From NCBI GenBank assembly GCA_951406725.2, contig OX597815.1:125612001-125676000 (forward strand): 64,000 nucleotides of DNA, in the 5' to 3' direction. How positions within the stretch are numbered: the first letter of the stretch is position 1; every line of letters starts with the position of its first letter. The position numbers were made by a program, and so were the translations under genes. This DNA is from Octopus vulgaris (Eukaryota). Positions 28,990-42,993 of the stretch are shown piece after piece. The notes below the pieces were generated by a model. The model had not been told where the DNA came from and did not search any database. It saw only the letters and a list, made by a program, of their open reading frames with translations.

Positions 28990-29495
28990 GTGTGCATCTA
29001 TGTATATGAGTAGATTTGTATGTTTTGCTTTATGTATGCTTTTCATGAAAATAGTTGCATATCTAGACGTGCTCATATATATTTAAATGATAAACTTCTG
29101 GAAAGCTTTTACAGATTTTTGCAGTTCCAGCGATGGATTGGATCTGTTGTCTTCAAATTAGCTTTCTGGTTTTGAGAAGCCTAATTTATCAAGATTCGTA
29201 TTTAAGCAGTGTGTTACAGATCCCAGAATCCCAATAATTACAGGTATAAACCTGAACTTGTAATCTGGATAGAGTAACTGAAGATTTCTCAATAGTTCAG
29301 CGTAGGTATTCTATTTTTCACTAGTGCTCAGCTTTATGTTAACATCCGCTGGGCAGAAAATTTCCACAACTGTGCACAGTTTCTCCTCTTTATCCCATCG
29401 TTATATCAGGTCTGCTGTGCTTACATTTTATTGAGGTCTTCACTGGTACATTCCAGAAGTATTCCTTTTTATTATGAGTGGCTATAGCTTCTACG

Positions 29496-29496
<1 letters not shown>
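28990..29496 (-). mobile_element. R4-like (RLE-type) non-LTR retrotransposon 3' fragment between (TATG)n arrays
   Basis: EYFWNVPVKTSIKCKHSRPDI..WDKEEKLCTVVEIFCPAD..YAELLRNLQLLYPDYKFRFIPVIIGILG, a PD..E restriction-like endonuclease domain with a frameshift and stops. Confidence 0.85.
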
Positions 29497-29526
<30 letters not shown>

Positions 29527-29688
29527 TGTATGTATGTATGTATGTATGTATGTATGTATGTATGTATGTATGTATGTATGCATGCATGCATGCATGCATG
29601 CATGTATGTATGTATGTATGTATGTATGTATGTATGTATGTATGTATGTATGTATGTATGTATGTATGCATGCATGTATGTATGTATG

Positions 29689-29722
<34 letters not shown>

Positions 29723-29757
29723 TGTATGTATGTATGTATGTATGTATGTATGTATGT
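29497..29757. repeat. (TATG)n/(CATG)n microsatellite
   Basis: Directly visible. Confidence 0.95.
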
Positions 29758-29958
29758 GAGTGCTTGTGTTTGTTTGTGTGTGTGTGTGTGTGTGTGTGCG
29801 TATGTGTATACATACATAAACCTAAAAGACTTTTCCATTTTTCCCGAGCGTCAAACTAATACACTTACATGTTTCTACACCTGTCTTCGAATTTTTGAGT
29901 TTCTATAAATTTGAACTATATGTGTGTGTGTGCGTGCGCGCGTGTATACACACACGCA

Positions 29959-30002
<44 letters not shown>

Positions 30003-30111
30003 TACACACACATGCACACATGCACACGCACACGCACATATATATTACTCAAAGAAATTCCAGCTCTGATTTTCACTTTCACGTTTTATTTACAATCTTA
30101 TGATAATATAA

Positions 30112-30939
30112 TCTATATATATAAAGCTGAAGTTGTCTGTGTGTGTGTGGCAGGTTTGGTAGCCTTCAACTAACACTATCTCCTCCGAGACCCTGCGGCA
30201 TAAGCTGACTAAAATTGAGAGTATGATAGAAGAAGGCTTGCTCTTCATTCTGTAGAAGAAAAAATTCAACTCGGATCATGTTAAGACCAAAAATTATTTA
30301 CTCCAAAAAGTGCTTTTTTTCTACGAAAATTCCTATTTTTTACGATTTTTTGACTGCTGTGTCACCATTTTTCGGTGTATTTCGACCAGAAAAGGTGCGA
30401 TCTGCATGCTGTTACTATCTACGATGTTCAAGTCAAACCTTCAATGGATATGTTTTGATTTTACAGATTTTTTTTAGTTATTCGTGATGTAAAATAGTCG
30501 ATTTTATTCATTTTACAGGTACAACCATGATTCGTGTTGCCCACCCGCTTGGCTTCAAAATAACATTTTTTTGTAACCACGAACTGTTCTTACTAACGTT
30601 TTGGATTTTCCTGTACTTTTTCTAAATGAATACTGTTGCAGTGTTAACTTCATAATAGATTTTCAGTGCAGTTCGAAACTTGAGCTTCATTTTGCTTTAA
30701 ATCTACGGGTAATTTTTTTCTCCATAATGTTAATAGAAGGAATATTAACCAACAATACCAACAATTGAAGTCGGCATTACACATTTGCAGCACATTCAGA
30801 GCAAACTCGAGCATTGCCACACTATACTTTTATTCATAGATTGAAACTATGTCAAAACTTTGTTAACGCGACATCAAAGTCTGTCGTTTTAAGCACAACT
30901 AAAAAAACAAACCCGTGCAACGCCGGGTTATATTGCTAG
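30112..30939 (+). mobile_element. Non-autonomous Helitron
   Basis: 5' TCtatatatataaa; 3' GC hairpin cccgtgcaacgccggg then CTAG 30936-30939; inserted between A and T with no TSD. Confidence 0.85.
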
Positions 30940-30972
30940 TATAAGATAATATAATATAATGAAATAATACAA

Positions 30973-31240
30973 AGGCACAGGAGTGGATGTGTGGTAAGTA
31001 GCTTGCCTACCAACCACATGGTTCCGGGTTCATTCCCACTGTGTGGCACCTTGGGCAAGTGTCTTCTACTATAGTCTCGGGCCGACTAAAGCCTTGTGAG
31101 TGTCGGAAGCCCGCCGTATATATGTATATATATATTAATAAATACAAAGAACAAGTCCTTGGGTCGATTTTCTTGACTAAAGGCGGTGCTTCAGCATGGC
31201 AGCAGTCGAATGACTGAAGCAAGTAAAAGAGTAAAAGAGT
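30973..31240 (+). mobile_element. SINE family A, internally deleted
   Basis: ggcacaggagtggatgtgtgg head, ggttcattccc B-box-like, ccttgggcaagtgtc. Confidence 0.85.
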
Positions 31241-31500
31241 AAAAGACTATTAAATGTCCATTCTGATTGAACTAGTACTTTCATGCATTAAACTCTGCAG
31301 TCTTCAGGTTCATGTAGTAGTAGTGACAGTTATGTTTTACAATTTGCAACTGCCGTAAATTGGACATACAATATTCTATCATTTCATTATATTACATTAT
31401 CTTATATATCATATTATTATAAGATTGTAAACAAAACGTGAAAATCAAAGTTGGAATTTCTTTAAGTAATATATTCTTCTATACACAGTCATGCACATCC

Positions 31501-31585
<85 letters not shown>

Positions 31586-31849
31586 CTTATAATGACCTTA
31601 ACAACTGGGCTACGGTATGATAGGGTTTTATTCGATAATACAGATTTTAGATTTTTCCGTCTGATACCTATTTTATCAATTTCTTTTTCTGAAGGTGTTA
31701 ATTTGCTGGATATGAGATATAACCCCACCCCAGACACACACACACGTGCATAATACACACACACACACACACACACCAAGTAATAAGGATTAATAAATTC
31801 AGGCAGATATTTTGTAGGCATTCAGCGGTTAAGCGAACTTGGATAACAT

Positions 31850-32900
31850 CCACGGTAATTCCACCGGCGTGAGAAGTAAATCCAAAGATCACTTAGAAGA
31901 AATTCAGTATATATTTTAACAGCATCAACAAGAATGGAGAATATCATATGTTCCTCTGCTTTGATCCGGAAGACAATGATGAATTTGGAGGGGACTGGGA
32001 ACCGAACCTTTGTGAACGCCTTCTTGCACTCTGAATTCGCACTGTACTCATGACTAACTCTCACCTTAATTACATCACTCCTATACATGGCTTATACGGA
32101 ATGTACAAGTCATTTGTTCATCCTTAGCTTCCTCAGAGACGACCAAGCCACAAAGATGACTATGCCACAGACGGGCTCTGTCGAAGTCTTTTTCCTGATC
32201 AATGAATGTTAAGTACATTGGCATATTCTTAGCTAAAGGCTTCTGCTGTTGTCTCACCAGGAAGTGGTATGAACAGTATTTCTTTCTGGCACAAAACCAA
32301 ACTGCAGCTCATGTACTTTAATTTTGTTCCTAATCGATTGGACTAAAACACTCTATAATTTTCATGACCTGATCCATAAGTTTGACAGCTCTGTAATTTT
32401 TTCCATCTAAGGCATCTCCCCTGCCCTTGTACCCGCTAACTACAATGCCGCTACACCAGTCATTGAGGATAGCGCCTTCCTGTTCAACTTGATTAACTGT
32501 ACGAATAGCTAGGATGTAACCTACTCTGCCAGATAGGCATCTCAGCAGGGATTCCTGATGGACCAAAGGCTTTCTCTGTCTTAATATCCTTAATCGTCTT
32601 ATCTATCATACTACTGTCAACTCTGATAGCTGGTCCTTCTCACGTTTAATAATCTTCTATAGTAGCACTTCCATGATTATTTCTCTACAGAGTCACTAAG
32701 TGCAAGTATATCGGTATCAATCTGTATACACTTCTCTCCCACATCTTGATTCTCTATTATACATGGTCTATCTATCTAGAACACTTTTCGTATCTAATCC
32801 TTTCATTGTGAAGCATTGGTGAATCTCTTTCTTTCTGTTTTGGCCCTTGTTAAATAGCCCTGTAGCCTAGCTTCTTTTATTATGATTTTACTTGTCAAAG
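31850..32900 (-). mobile_element. Degraded RTE-clade LINE reverse transcriptase
   Basis: NDWCSGIVVSGYKGRGDALDGKNYRAVKL, AMYRSDVIKVRV and GSVPSPSKFIIV (GSVLSPLLF-like) fragments. Confidence 0.8.
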
Positions 32901-34780
32901 CTCTTACTTGTTCTTGTTGATTCTGTGAGAGCGGACAACAGCCTGTTGTCAGATGTCTTACAGTGTCTCTTTCCGGAAATTATAAGCTTTGTTACTTGGA
33001 TATTAACTTATCGTGGAAGACAGTCTCTGATCATTTTAGATTACGGACATGAGAATTAGGGAATCCACTTAGCTGACCACTAAAAGAATACATTATTTTC
33101 ATTATTCATTACTACCTCTATGATGAGGTGTGTATGTTGAGATGGTAGTAATGAATAATAATATTGATCAAATGGAGTTATTAACTGGTACATTTATACC
33201 CACATACGTACGTACATACATACATACATACATACATACATACATACATACATACATACATACATACATACATTCATACATATTCATTATATACTGTCCA
33301 GCAATGTTCCAGACTGTAAGTAAATTAACAATTCCATCTTACTAACCAACTCCATCTTACTAATCAATGTTTCAAGCAAATGTCAGCCCCATTGACAATT
33401 GAAGCAAAAATTGTTTTTACCGGATGTTAGTGTTGATATTTTCCAAGATGCATGTTCAATATGCTAAAATGTTGTTCTTTTTTTGCCTGTTGTTTTTGTG
33501 TTATTTATTTATGAGAAAATAGGAACTCCTTAATGTAAATATGAATCTTATCTTAAGTTCCATCAATCTTAAGATTTGTGATGTATACACTTTCGAATAT
33601 GCACTTTCGTACACACATACATAAATACATTTGCATGTATGCATACATATATATCCATAGAAATGTATATATGTATGTGAGTATGTGTATACGTACGTAC
33701 GTACGTACCTACCTACCTACTTACCTACCTACCTACCTACCTACCTACCTACCTACCTACCTACCTACCTACCTACCTACCTACATACATACATACATAC
33801 ATACATACATACATGCATACATGTGTTTGTATGCGTGTGTCTGTTTGTATGTGCATATATATATATATGTAGTTACGTGTAGGCACGTGTACGAACATTT
33901 AAAAACAGTTGTAAATTAGTTTCGATTTTCTATATTTTGATATTTAACTATGGAAGATGAGAACACCAATCGGTATAGATCCTCATAAATTGCAAATTAT
34001 AGAGTTCTAAGCAACATAGTTTCCTGCTATAACCCCCAAACACATTTTCAACAATTTCCTGGAACTTGTAATGAAAGAATTGACAGATTTAGATAAAATG
34101 TCTGGCAGTTGTTGATACCATCTCCTCAGATAATATACATACTGAAAACACAACCTTAATATCTACGATCTTTGACAAATTGAAAATATCCACTAAAGAT
34201 TTAGAAGACGAAACATAAAAATTTGGGCATGAAAAATATATTACAAAATGAAAGATCATTTTAACCTGAGAGCACAAAGTGCTGGTCTATCTGCGAATAC
34301 TGATTGTACAGCAAAACACGTCACAAAATTTGTGTTCCTGGGAGTATATCAATTTTCCGGCATACAAATCAACGTAAAAATAGAAGTGTAAGCATATAGT
34401 GTAAACATTCAAACATCTTCATTATCTCTCCAAATCCTGCTGCTTTTGTCATGGAATTTTCGGTCCCCCAAAGCCGTCTTGCTGTGTAAGTGGATCTACC
34501 GTTTTTATCCCGTAAAACTTGGTCTGAAACATTTGCATTATATGCCAAAATATTCTATGACAACAAGTGAACCAGAAGAAATGAAAAGACAAGTGTCAGC
34601 AGTAATTGCTGCGTTAACAGGGAACCGAAAACTCGTGAAATGGAACATGTGAATATCAGCCAGCGACACAAGATTAGACCGCACAACGCCCTTACTTCTC
34701 AATCGCAAACTACATATTGGGAAAGTGATACCAAAAATATGAAGACACACGGACAAGAAACTTCTTTTTTTTAAATGTAG

Positions 34781-35690
34781 GGATCTTTTCCCTTTCAACG
34801 GCAGACCGAGAAATTAATTTTTTGTAACCAAACACTTTCAAACTTCGGACACTTGTAGAATGTGTCATATAAAACATCTTTTACTCTTAGTGTTGTTGAG
34901 AAGAGTTCATATTTTCGAAGTTATTTCGTGTTAAAGTCGTCGTATTTCAGTAATTTCAACCAATCAATGACGTGTATTCAACTGAATAAAATTTTTGCTG
35001 TTGTTTGTCAACAACTATCGGCGGAGTATATTTCGTTTGTCACTGTTATTTGACATCGTTCGTGCGTTTAGCTTTAGGGTTAGGGTTAAGGTTTTAGGGT
35101 TAGGGTTAAGGATTTAGGGTTAGGGTAGGGGTTGTAGGGTTAGGGTTGGGATTTTAGGGTTATGTTTAGGAAAAAGTGAAAATAAATGAAGAAATTGGAG
35201 GGGGAGGGGTAAAGGGTGGCAAAAAATTCAAAATTCCGTGCGGGAAAATGGAGGAGGGGATGGAAGTATTTCCGAAGATAGTAGCTGAAAAATAAGCAAA
35301 AAAAAAACCCTAACGGCAGTAGAAATGCACGAACGATTATGGTTGTGCCATGAAGTAAACATGCTTCATATACACACGTTTATTCATATGAACGTAGCTG
35401 AAATGAAATATGTCATAAATAACAGTGACAAACGAAATATACACCGCCGAAAGTTGTTGTTGACAAACAACAGCAGTAATATTATTCAGCTGAATACACG
35501 TCATTCATTAGTTGAAATTACCGAAATACGACAACTTTAACACGAAATAACTTTGAAAAGATAAACTTTTCTCAACAACACTAGGAGTAAAAGATGTTTT
35601 ATATGACACATTCTACCAGTGTCCGAAGTTTGAAAGTGTTTAGTTACAAAAAATTAATTTCTCGATCGGTCGTTGAAAAGGAAAAGATCC
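34781..35690. mobile_element. 910-bp non-autonomous foldback DNA transposon with about 275-bp TIRs and 8-bp TSD
   Basis: ggatcttttcc...ggaaaagatcc termini; TSD aaatgtag at 34773-34780 and 35691-35698; the arms align to about 35055 and 35412. Confidence 0.92.
35074..35170 (+). repeat. Degenerate (TTAGGG)n telomere-like tract
   Basis: About eight exact TTAGGG units plus variants, inside the foldback element. Confidence 0.85.
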
Positions 35691-36292
35691 AAATGTAGTG
35701 CTTAAGGCCAATACTATACCACACGGCCTATAGTATACTTTACAGTCTATATATTACGAAGCATAGAAAAACTTCGATACGAAAATCACGTGATATGAAA
35801 TAAACCATACCTAAGTAATAAGGAAGTGATTGAAATAGTTCGGACATGCAATACGTCAACTAGTAACTAGAGTGCTGGTATTCTGTCAAAACTTTCTAAA
35901 CTCCGGTTCACAGGGTAGATCATATAATAGCAAGATCTCGTAGATTTGTGAAAGAAGCAGAGTAATGGCCGGCAACAGCGAAGCGTTGAACATCCGACTA
36001 AAGCGGGTGGGTCAAGTTGACAGAAAGAGCAATGATCTGTAAGGAACAGAGTAAATAAGACTTGGAAGAAGAGCGAAGTTATTTCACACACACACACACA
36101 CACAAGTAAACATATATGTGTATAATTATTTGTATATATAACCATGAATGCTCACATACATACATATATACGCACATGTATATAAACATACCTGTATACA
36201 TACATATATGTATGTACCTGAGAATAAATGCGTGCATGCTTGCAAACATATTATATTATATTATATTATATTATATTATATTATATTATATT

Positions 36293-36327
<35 letters not shown>

Positions 36328-36328
<1 letters not shown>

Positions 36329-36507
36329 TTTTACTTGCTCCAGTCATTTGACTGCGGCCACGGACTTATTCTTTGTAAGTCTACTACTTATTCTATCGAA
36401 CTTTTTGCCGATCCGCTAAGTTAATGGGACGTAAACACACCAACATCGGTTGTTAAGCGATGGTGGGGGACAAACACAGACACACAGATATATACATACA
36501 TACACAT

Positions 36508-36584
<77 letters not shown>

Positions 36585-36735
36585 CGATGGACTTCTTTCC
36601 GTTTCCGTCAACCAAATCCACTCACAAGGCTTTGGTCGGCCTGACGCTGTAGTAGAAGAAGGTGCCACGCAGTGGGACTGAACCCGGAACCATGTGGTTG
36701 GAAAACAAGCTCCTTACCACACAGCTACCCCTGCG
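36328..36735 (-). mobile_element. SINE family A
   Basis: Same blocks as the other copies; internal (TACA)/(TA)n. Confidence 0.85.
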
Positions 36736-36785
<50 letters not shown>

Positions 36786-38455
36786 GTGCATAGCTGTATA
36801 TTTGTGTGTAAACAGACTCAATTTCATTTTCCAAAGCATTCTTCAATTCCTCAGTAGTTCACTTTTCTGGACTTTGCTTAAAACATTAAAAAAAGCATCA
36901 TCATTATTCAATAAAGGAGAGTGAGCTAATAGTTTGATATGCATTATGCACTCCCTTGGTAAGAAACCATGTACTCAACCTGTATACTTTACGACATATG
37001 CCAACGCACAACCTCACTCATTCACACTCACATATATTCACACGCGCATCTATGTGCCTATGTGTGTGTGCATATGTATGTGTTGCGTGTGCGTGTATTG
37101 TGTGTGTGTGTGTTTGTTTGTGTGTGTATGTGTGTGTGTGTGTGTGCACTTATGATGTTTTTTATTTTGCTATTAAATTAAGAAGATTGGTAAATTTTAT
37201 CAGGTGTGAGAAACTATACAAGAGTCTTTAAATGCATGTCTATATGACGATGCTTATGTGTAAGTATGAAAGCACGTACGTAACTGTGTGATTGTATTAC
37301 ATTCTCACCCTCACTCAAATTCTACCACTTTGCCTCTAACCTTTACTTTAATCTTCTCAACACAATATTTTTTTATGTCTATTATCGTAATTGTATTTCT
37401 ATTTGTGGTTGCTTGATATATTATACCTATCATTCTTCCTATCTCACAACTATAATTTAACCTGTCAGTTTATCTGAAAATCATTCTGTGGTTGTTTGAA
37501 GATTATATAAATACCTTGATACCCTACTATCTAGCTTCATGACCCTTTTTATTTCACCTCAATTCCTTAACTTCTCACCCTTTCACACCATTTCTCTTAC
37601 TTTGCACCCGGCCTTCTCAACCAAATCTACACCTCGTCTTCATTCATTTCTTCATTTTCTCATTTCTGATGAAAGGCTTAAAAACGATAAAAGGGCTATT
37701 TTCTATACTCCTTAGAGAAATTAAACTTTACAAATCCTGAAATTTTATTTTCGCTGACACAGATCACCACCATTTCCCACTGATTTCTGATTTTATCGTG
37801 TTGTAATACTATATTTTTAGACCTTCATAACGAAGTGATTTTCTCATCGATATTGGAATATTTTAGACAACCTGTGGTTAAAATACTGGTTGGACAGAGA
37901 ACTAGTTGTTAAAATTTTAACAGCTCACCACTACATACTCTCTCTCACACACAGGCGCACAAGTTCACTCACACTCTCAGACACATCACACGAACAGAGG
38001 CATAACAATACAGATTAGTTTTAGCTATATGAGATGTATCTGAAAATCCTCGGAAATAATGAAGTTGAATAAATAATATATTCTTCATATACTCATACGT
38101 ATATAATATTCAAATAAAGATGATTAGACTAAAGTTTAATTAACTAAATACATCAAGGATAAACATAAATCTGTAAAACCGGAAGAGATTTTATTTTCAT
38201 ATATTTTAAACAACTAACGTGTTTGGTATTATAAAGAAACCTATCTCATAATATAATAGAAGATATCTTTTTATATTGATTCAATAATGATATAATGATA
38301 TAACAACATGGCTGTTGGTCAGCTGTTATCTGTCTGTTTGTCTATCTGTCACCGTTTCTTTCACAATCTATTAGCTTGTTTTATCAAGCAGTTCTTAATT
38401 TTGCTCCATATTCTGTTGTTTTCTCCTCTTCTTTCCTTTGTCTACTTATTATTAC

Positions 38456-38534
<79 letters not shown>

Positions 38535-38604
38535 GCACTCGCATGCAAACACACATACATAATTATAATATATGTATATGTGTATTTATATGCATGCGTA
38601 TATA

Positions 38605-38699
<95 letters not shown>

Positions 38700-39272
38700 G
38701 ATATAAATATGTATGTATATATACTTATTTACATTATATACATGCTAATAATGTATACACGTACACATAATGCTATTTTTATGTTAAATTATAAAAACAA
38801 TTTGGCATTAAACTGAAGGTTTATTCAATACTTTTAGCACAATATGTATTTATTATTTTTTACAGAGAAAAGGCTAATAGTGGCTTCGAAGTGTTGACTT
38901 ATACGCCATCATAGAACCATATACACACACACATACATATGCACACGGACACATTATTTTTTAAGCATTATTTTAAAGTTAGACCAAAGGTCGAGGGTTA
39001 GCAGAATGGTCGAACTTCGACTAGACACTATGCAGCTTTCAGTTTTCTTTCAAATTTCAAGTTAGTATTTACGCATCCTACCAGAGTTGACAACGTAATT
39101 ACAAGTCATGTACTCGAGTATATTCAATCATCCATGGACGAATGGGTCCCTGCAGAATTGTAGTTTGAACTATAAATACACACTAGCATTACATTTAATT
39201 TACTCTGTCAGAAACTGTCCTTGCTTAATATGAATGTGCGCGCGCATGTCCGTTCTGTCTGTCTGTCTCTCT

Positions 39273-39316
<44 letters not shown>

Positions 39317-39518
39317 GAGTGCATGCATGTATGTATACACAAAGATGTATATAAATACACGCATGAGCGCGTGTATACATATTTACTCTTTTCTTCATCT
39401 GTACAAATCTCGGTATTTACTTTACCTGTTTCTTTCTCCCTCTCTTCATTTCTACCTCTTTCACTATCACTTTCACTACTACGATACCTATCATCTCACT
39501 ATGCGATTATCTCCGACG

Positions 39519-39552
<34 letters not shown>

Positions 39553-39557
<5 letters not shown>

Positions 39558-39650
39558 ATCCAAACAAGAAAACACAAAAAAAAAACAGCAACGCGAGGAC
39601 GTGGAACAAATAAAGTATTATTGGACGCTCAGGAAAGAAGGGAAGAAGGA
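39553..39650 (-). mobile_element. Truncated copy of the hammerhead-bearing short element at 55340-55532
   Basis: About 85 nt nearly identical to 55450-55532 (cctgagcgtccaataatact..ttggattaac), ending in (TA)n. Confidence 0.85.
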
Positions 39651-39748
39651 GGTCCAAAATATATACAAAAACACAATGACAGGTGAAAGAACAAGGGGCG
39701 TGTATTATACACACACACATATGTATGCAGGTATGTATGTATAAAGAT

Positions 39749-39784
<36 letters not shown>

Positions 39785-39960
39785 AGAGGAAAGAGAAAGT
39801 GAGCGAGAGAGAGAGTGAGACAGACAGACAGACGGACAGACAGAGAAGAAACATAAAATAAAAATGAAAATTTAAAACAAACAATGAAACAAAGGAGTTA
39901 CCATGTAAACAAACAAACTCGGCTGTGAAAGATCCTTGCACATTTTTAACATTTTCATTA

Positions 39961-40012
<52 letters not shown>

Positions 40013-40284
40013 CATTATTGTTGTTGTTGTTGTTGTTACTGTTATACTGAGAAAAAGACTTGGAATTCGGTGGCGTAACTTGTGATCGATAGCTGATTAT
40101 CTGGCAGGCTACAGAGAAACTCACATAATATATTACTTACAATCAGTGAACTGGTAGCAATGCAACTATCGCTTCTGTTGCCAATGCCTATTGCATCGAT
40201 TGCAATCAACGTAGCAGTAGGGATACTGAGCAAATATTATTAATATTATTAACGCTATCGTCCTCGTCATTATCATTATCACCT

Positions 40285-40342
<58 letters not shown>

Positions 40343-40628
40343 CGTTATCATTGTTGTTGGTGTTGTTGTTCACTGTGAACTGTCACGTGTACAATATATT
40401 TTCTTCTAGGTTTACCATGTAAAAAAAAAGTATTAAAGTTATTTTCTTTCAGCTACTTAAAGGTCTTCGGAATATTTAAATGTTTAGTCTAGTACATGAT
40501 AAAGGGAGAAAGTTTGTGTTGAGACGCTTTAAACCGTTTTATACATTTTTGACAAGTAGCCATTTGCAATACCTACACGCGTTGCAAGATGGCCGCGTGA
40601 GAAGTAGCAGGAAGAGGTGCTCGCTACC

Positions 40629-40668
<40 letters not shown>

Positions 40669-42933
40669 ATTTAGTAGATGTAGTTGTAGGGGTAGTAGTG
40701 GCAGCAGCAGTAACAGCAGCATAAGCAACAACAGTAGCAGTAGCAGTAGTAGCAGCGTAAATAAATACGCTCCAAAATTGATTTTAAACGTTTAAAAACA
40801 AACATGCAGTAAGGGATATTCAAACCGGGACAACAAAAAGTAGAAAAATACAGGCTCTCCGTCGGTCACACTTGACAATGCATCTGTACATGCATGTGCA
40901 GGCCAGGGTTACTTACTTTAAAGAAATAATATCAGTTGACCATGTATGTAAATCTCCCCTTTCCACGACACCAATACTTACTCAAGAGAAAGTCCACCGA
41001 CTTGAACCGATAATTTTTGGCATCAGTGTCGTCGCAGGCCTTTGCAATCGGAAAGCAAAGAACCATAAGAGATACCGCAAGGCATCTTGCTCGACTCCCT
41101 AATAGTTCTGCCAATCTATCTCCTTGGATTGTATTTTTTTTTTGTTGCCGCCGAAAAAAATGCCCAGAAAAGTTAACCTCAGCTAGATTTTTATTAATAG
41201 CGTGGAGTCAGAACAAGTACTGCGAGACATTTTATCTAATGCTCTCATCAATTTGCCACCGCTAAGTGTTTCGTTCGAACATTAGTTGGAATGAAGAATG
41301 AACACAAATACCATCCCTGGCAGCAACGGTTATGCCATCATCATCATCATGATCGTCATTATGATCATCATGATCATCATCGTCGTTGTCGTCATCGTCC
41401 CCAACATCGTTGTTGTCGTCATCACCATCTTCGTCATCAACAGCAACAACAAAAACATTAGTAACAAAATCATCTCCATCGTTTATTATTGTTTGGTATA
41501 CAAAAAAAAAAATGCGACACAAGCCAGCGAGAAGAAAATAGGGAACGGACATAATATGTTACAATAGCCAGTGCCTCCTTGCGTGATGAATTTTCTTAGA
41601 AAAGAGTGAGGTGGAGGAAGACTGTATATCTCGGTTTTTACAAACGTGGACGAGTGGGTTTCTATATGCTCTCGAAGTGACAGCTGACAGAAGCTTTGAC
41701 GAATGTGTGACAGTGCACGTGCGCCCTGGATCGATGCAGGACGTATGGAAAGTCTGGATATTAAGGCCGAGAACTAGGCAAAGAAATACATCTGGTGTGC
41801 GACACAAGTGTCCATAGTAAATCTGCCTCCGGAACTCAAAGGGACAGAGATATTAACACAAACGTTGACATATGGTTCGTCGTTCTCTTTGTGCAATAGT
41901 TTGTGGGGATGTGCAATAGTATGTAGTTTGGTGGACTTTGTATAGACATATAGATCCTAATAACCTTAGAAGACCTGAAGGTTAATCTGGATCTGTATTA
42001 CCTTATAGAAGTTGAGAGGAGTGGTGAAGTAGTCCCAGTTTATACTGTCTAATAGTTAAGGATGTTCAGCTCTTTATCATAAGGTTATAGTTTCAGTTCC
42101 AGTGCAGAGCGACACATTGTATCCTTGAGTAAAGAGCTTAAGTTCACGCTAATGGAGCCTTATCAGCAGTAATGAGTACCAGCTGAGTGCTGGTGCAATC
42201 CTTTCTCTCCTTCCAAATACCACATTCTGAATGTTTAGCTGGGTCAAACATGTAGAGGACGAGAGAGTGTCCATATCTTCTGGCAACTATATAAGGCCCT
42301 AAAACAACTAATGAAAGCATGGTGCATGTTACTAAAGCTTACTCGCCGAAGATTGACTCTCCTGCAAAGGGAACCGAGAGCCTTTTCCCCAGAAAAAAAA
42401 ATGAAAAGCTGAAGAAAAAGAGAGAAGACTTCAGCAATAACCCTAACACCAGGCGCCTGAAATGAAGAACATACCTGTTGCCACCTCTCTTTCTAGAGCA
42501 CCAAGTCAAACTAAAGGAATATCTGGAGCGGAAACAAATGAAATTATCTCGTTCTTAGTACCATCTGCACCATGTGTTGACGACGAGAGGATGTGAGAAA
42601 GTTGGTGTTTAAGCCCAAAAATGTCTCGGCCCCACAAATAAAAAATTGGGGAGACTTGGTTTGTATTAGATTTGAAAGGAATCGGTTGTGGAATCTGCCT
42701 TTGTAATGGTATCATATTCTCTTTTGGTGGATTGATCTTTGTTTATTTGATAAACAATATTTTTCACCTGTTCTAATATAATGCCTTATGTGTTTGCCTC
42801 GCCCTCTCCGTATTATAAATTCTTACATTACATGTTTTGCTATCCATTTCTGTGATTTCTGTGTGACATGTGTGATATTATGTGTGAGGCCTTGTGGACA
42901 ATAAAGAGTAGTAGAATACTTGTATCAAATACC

Positions 42934-42993
<60 letters not shown>

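Noticed and set aside
40141-40225. 85-nt minus-strand exon candidate
   Set aside because: Weak acceptor, and the sequence looks like decayed trinucleotide repeat.
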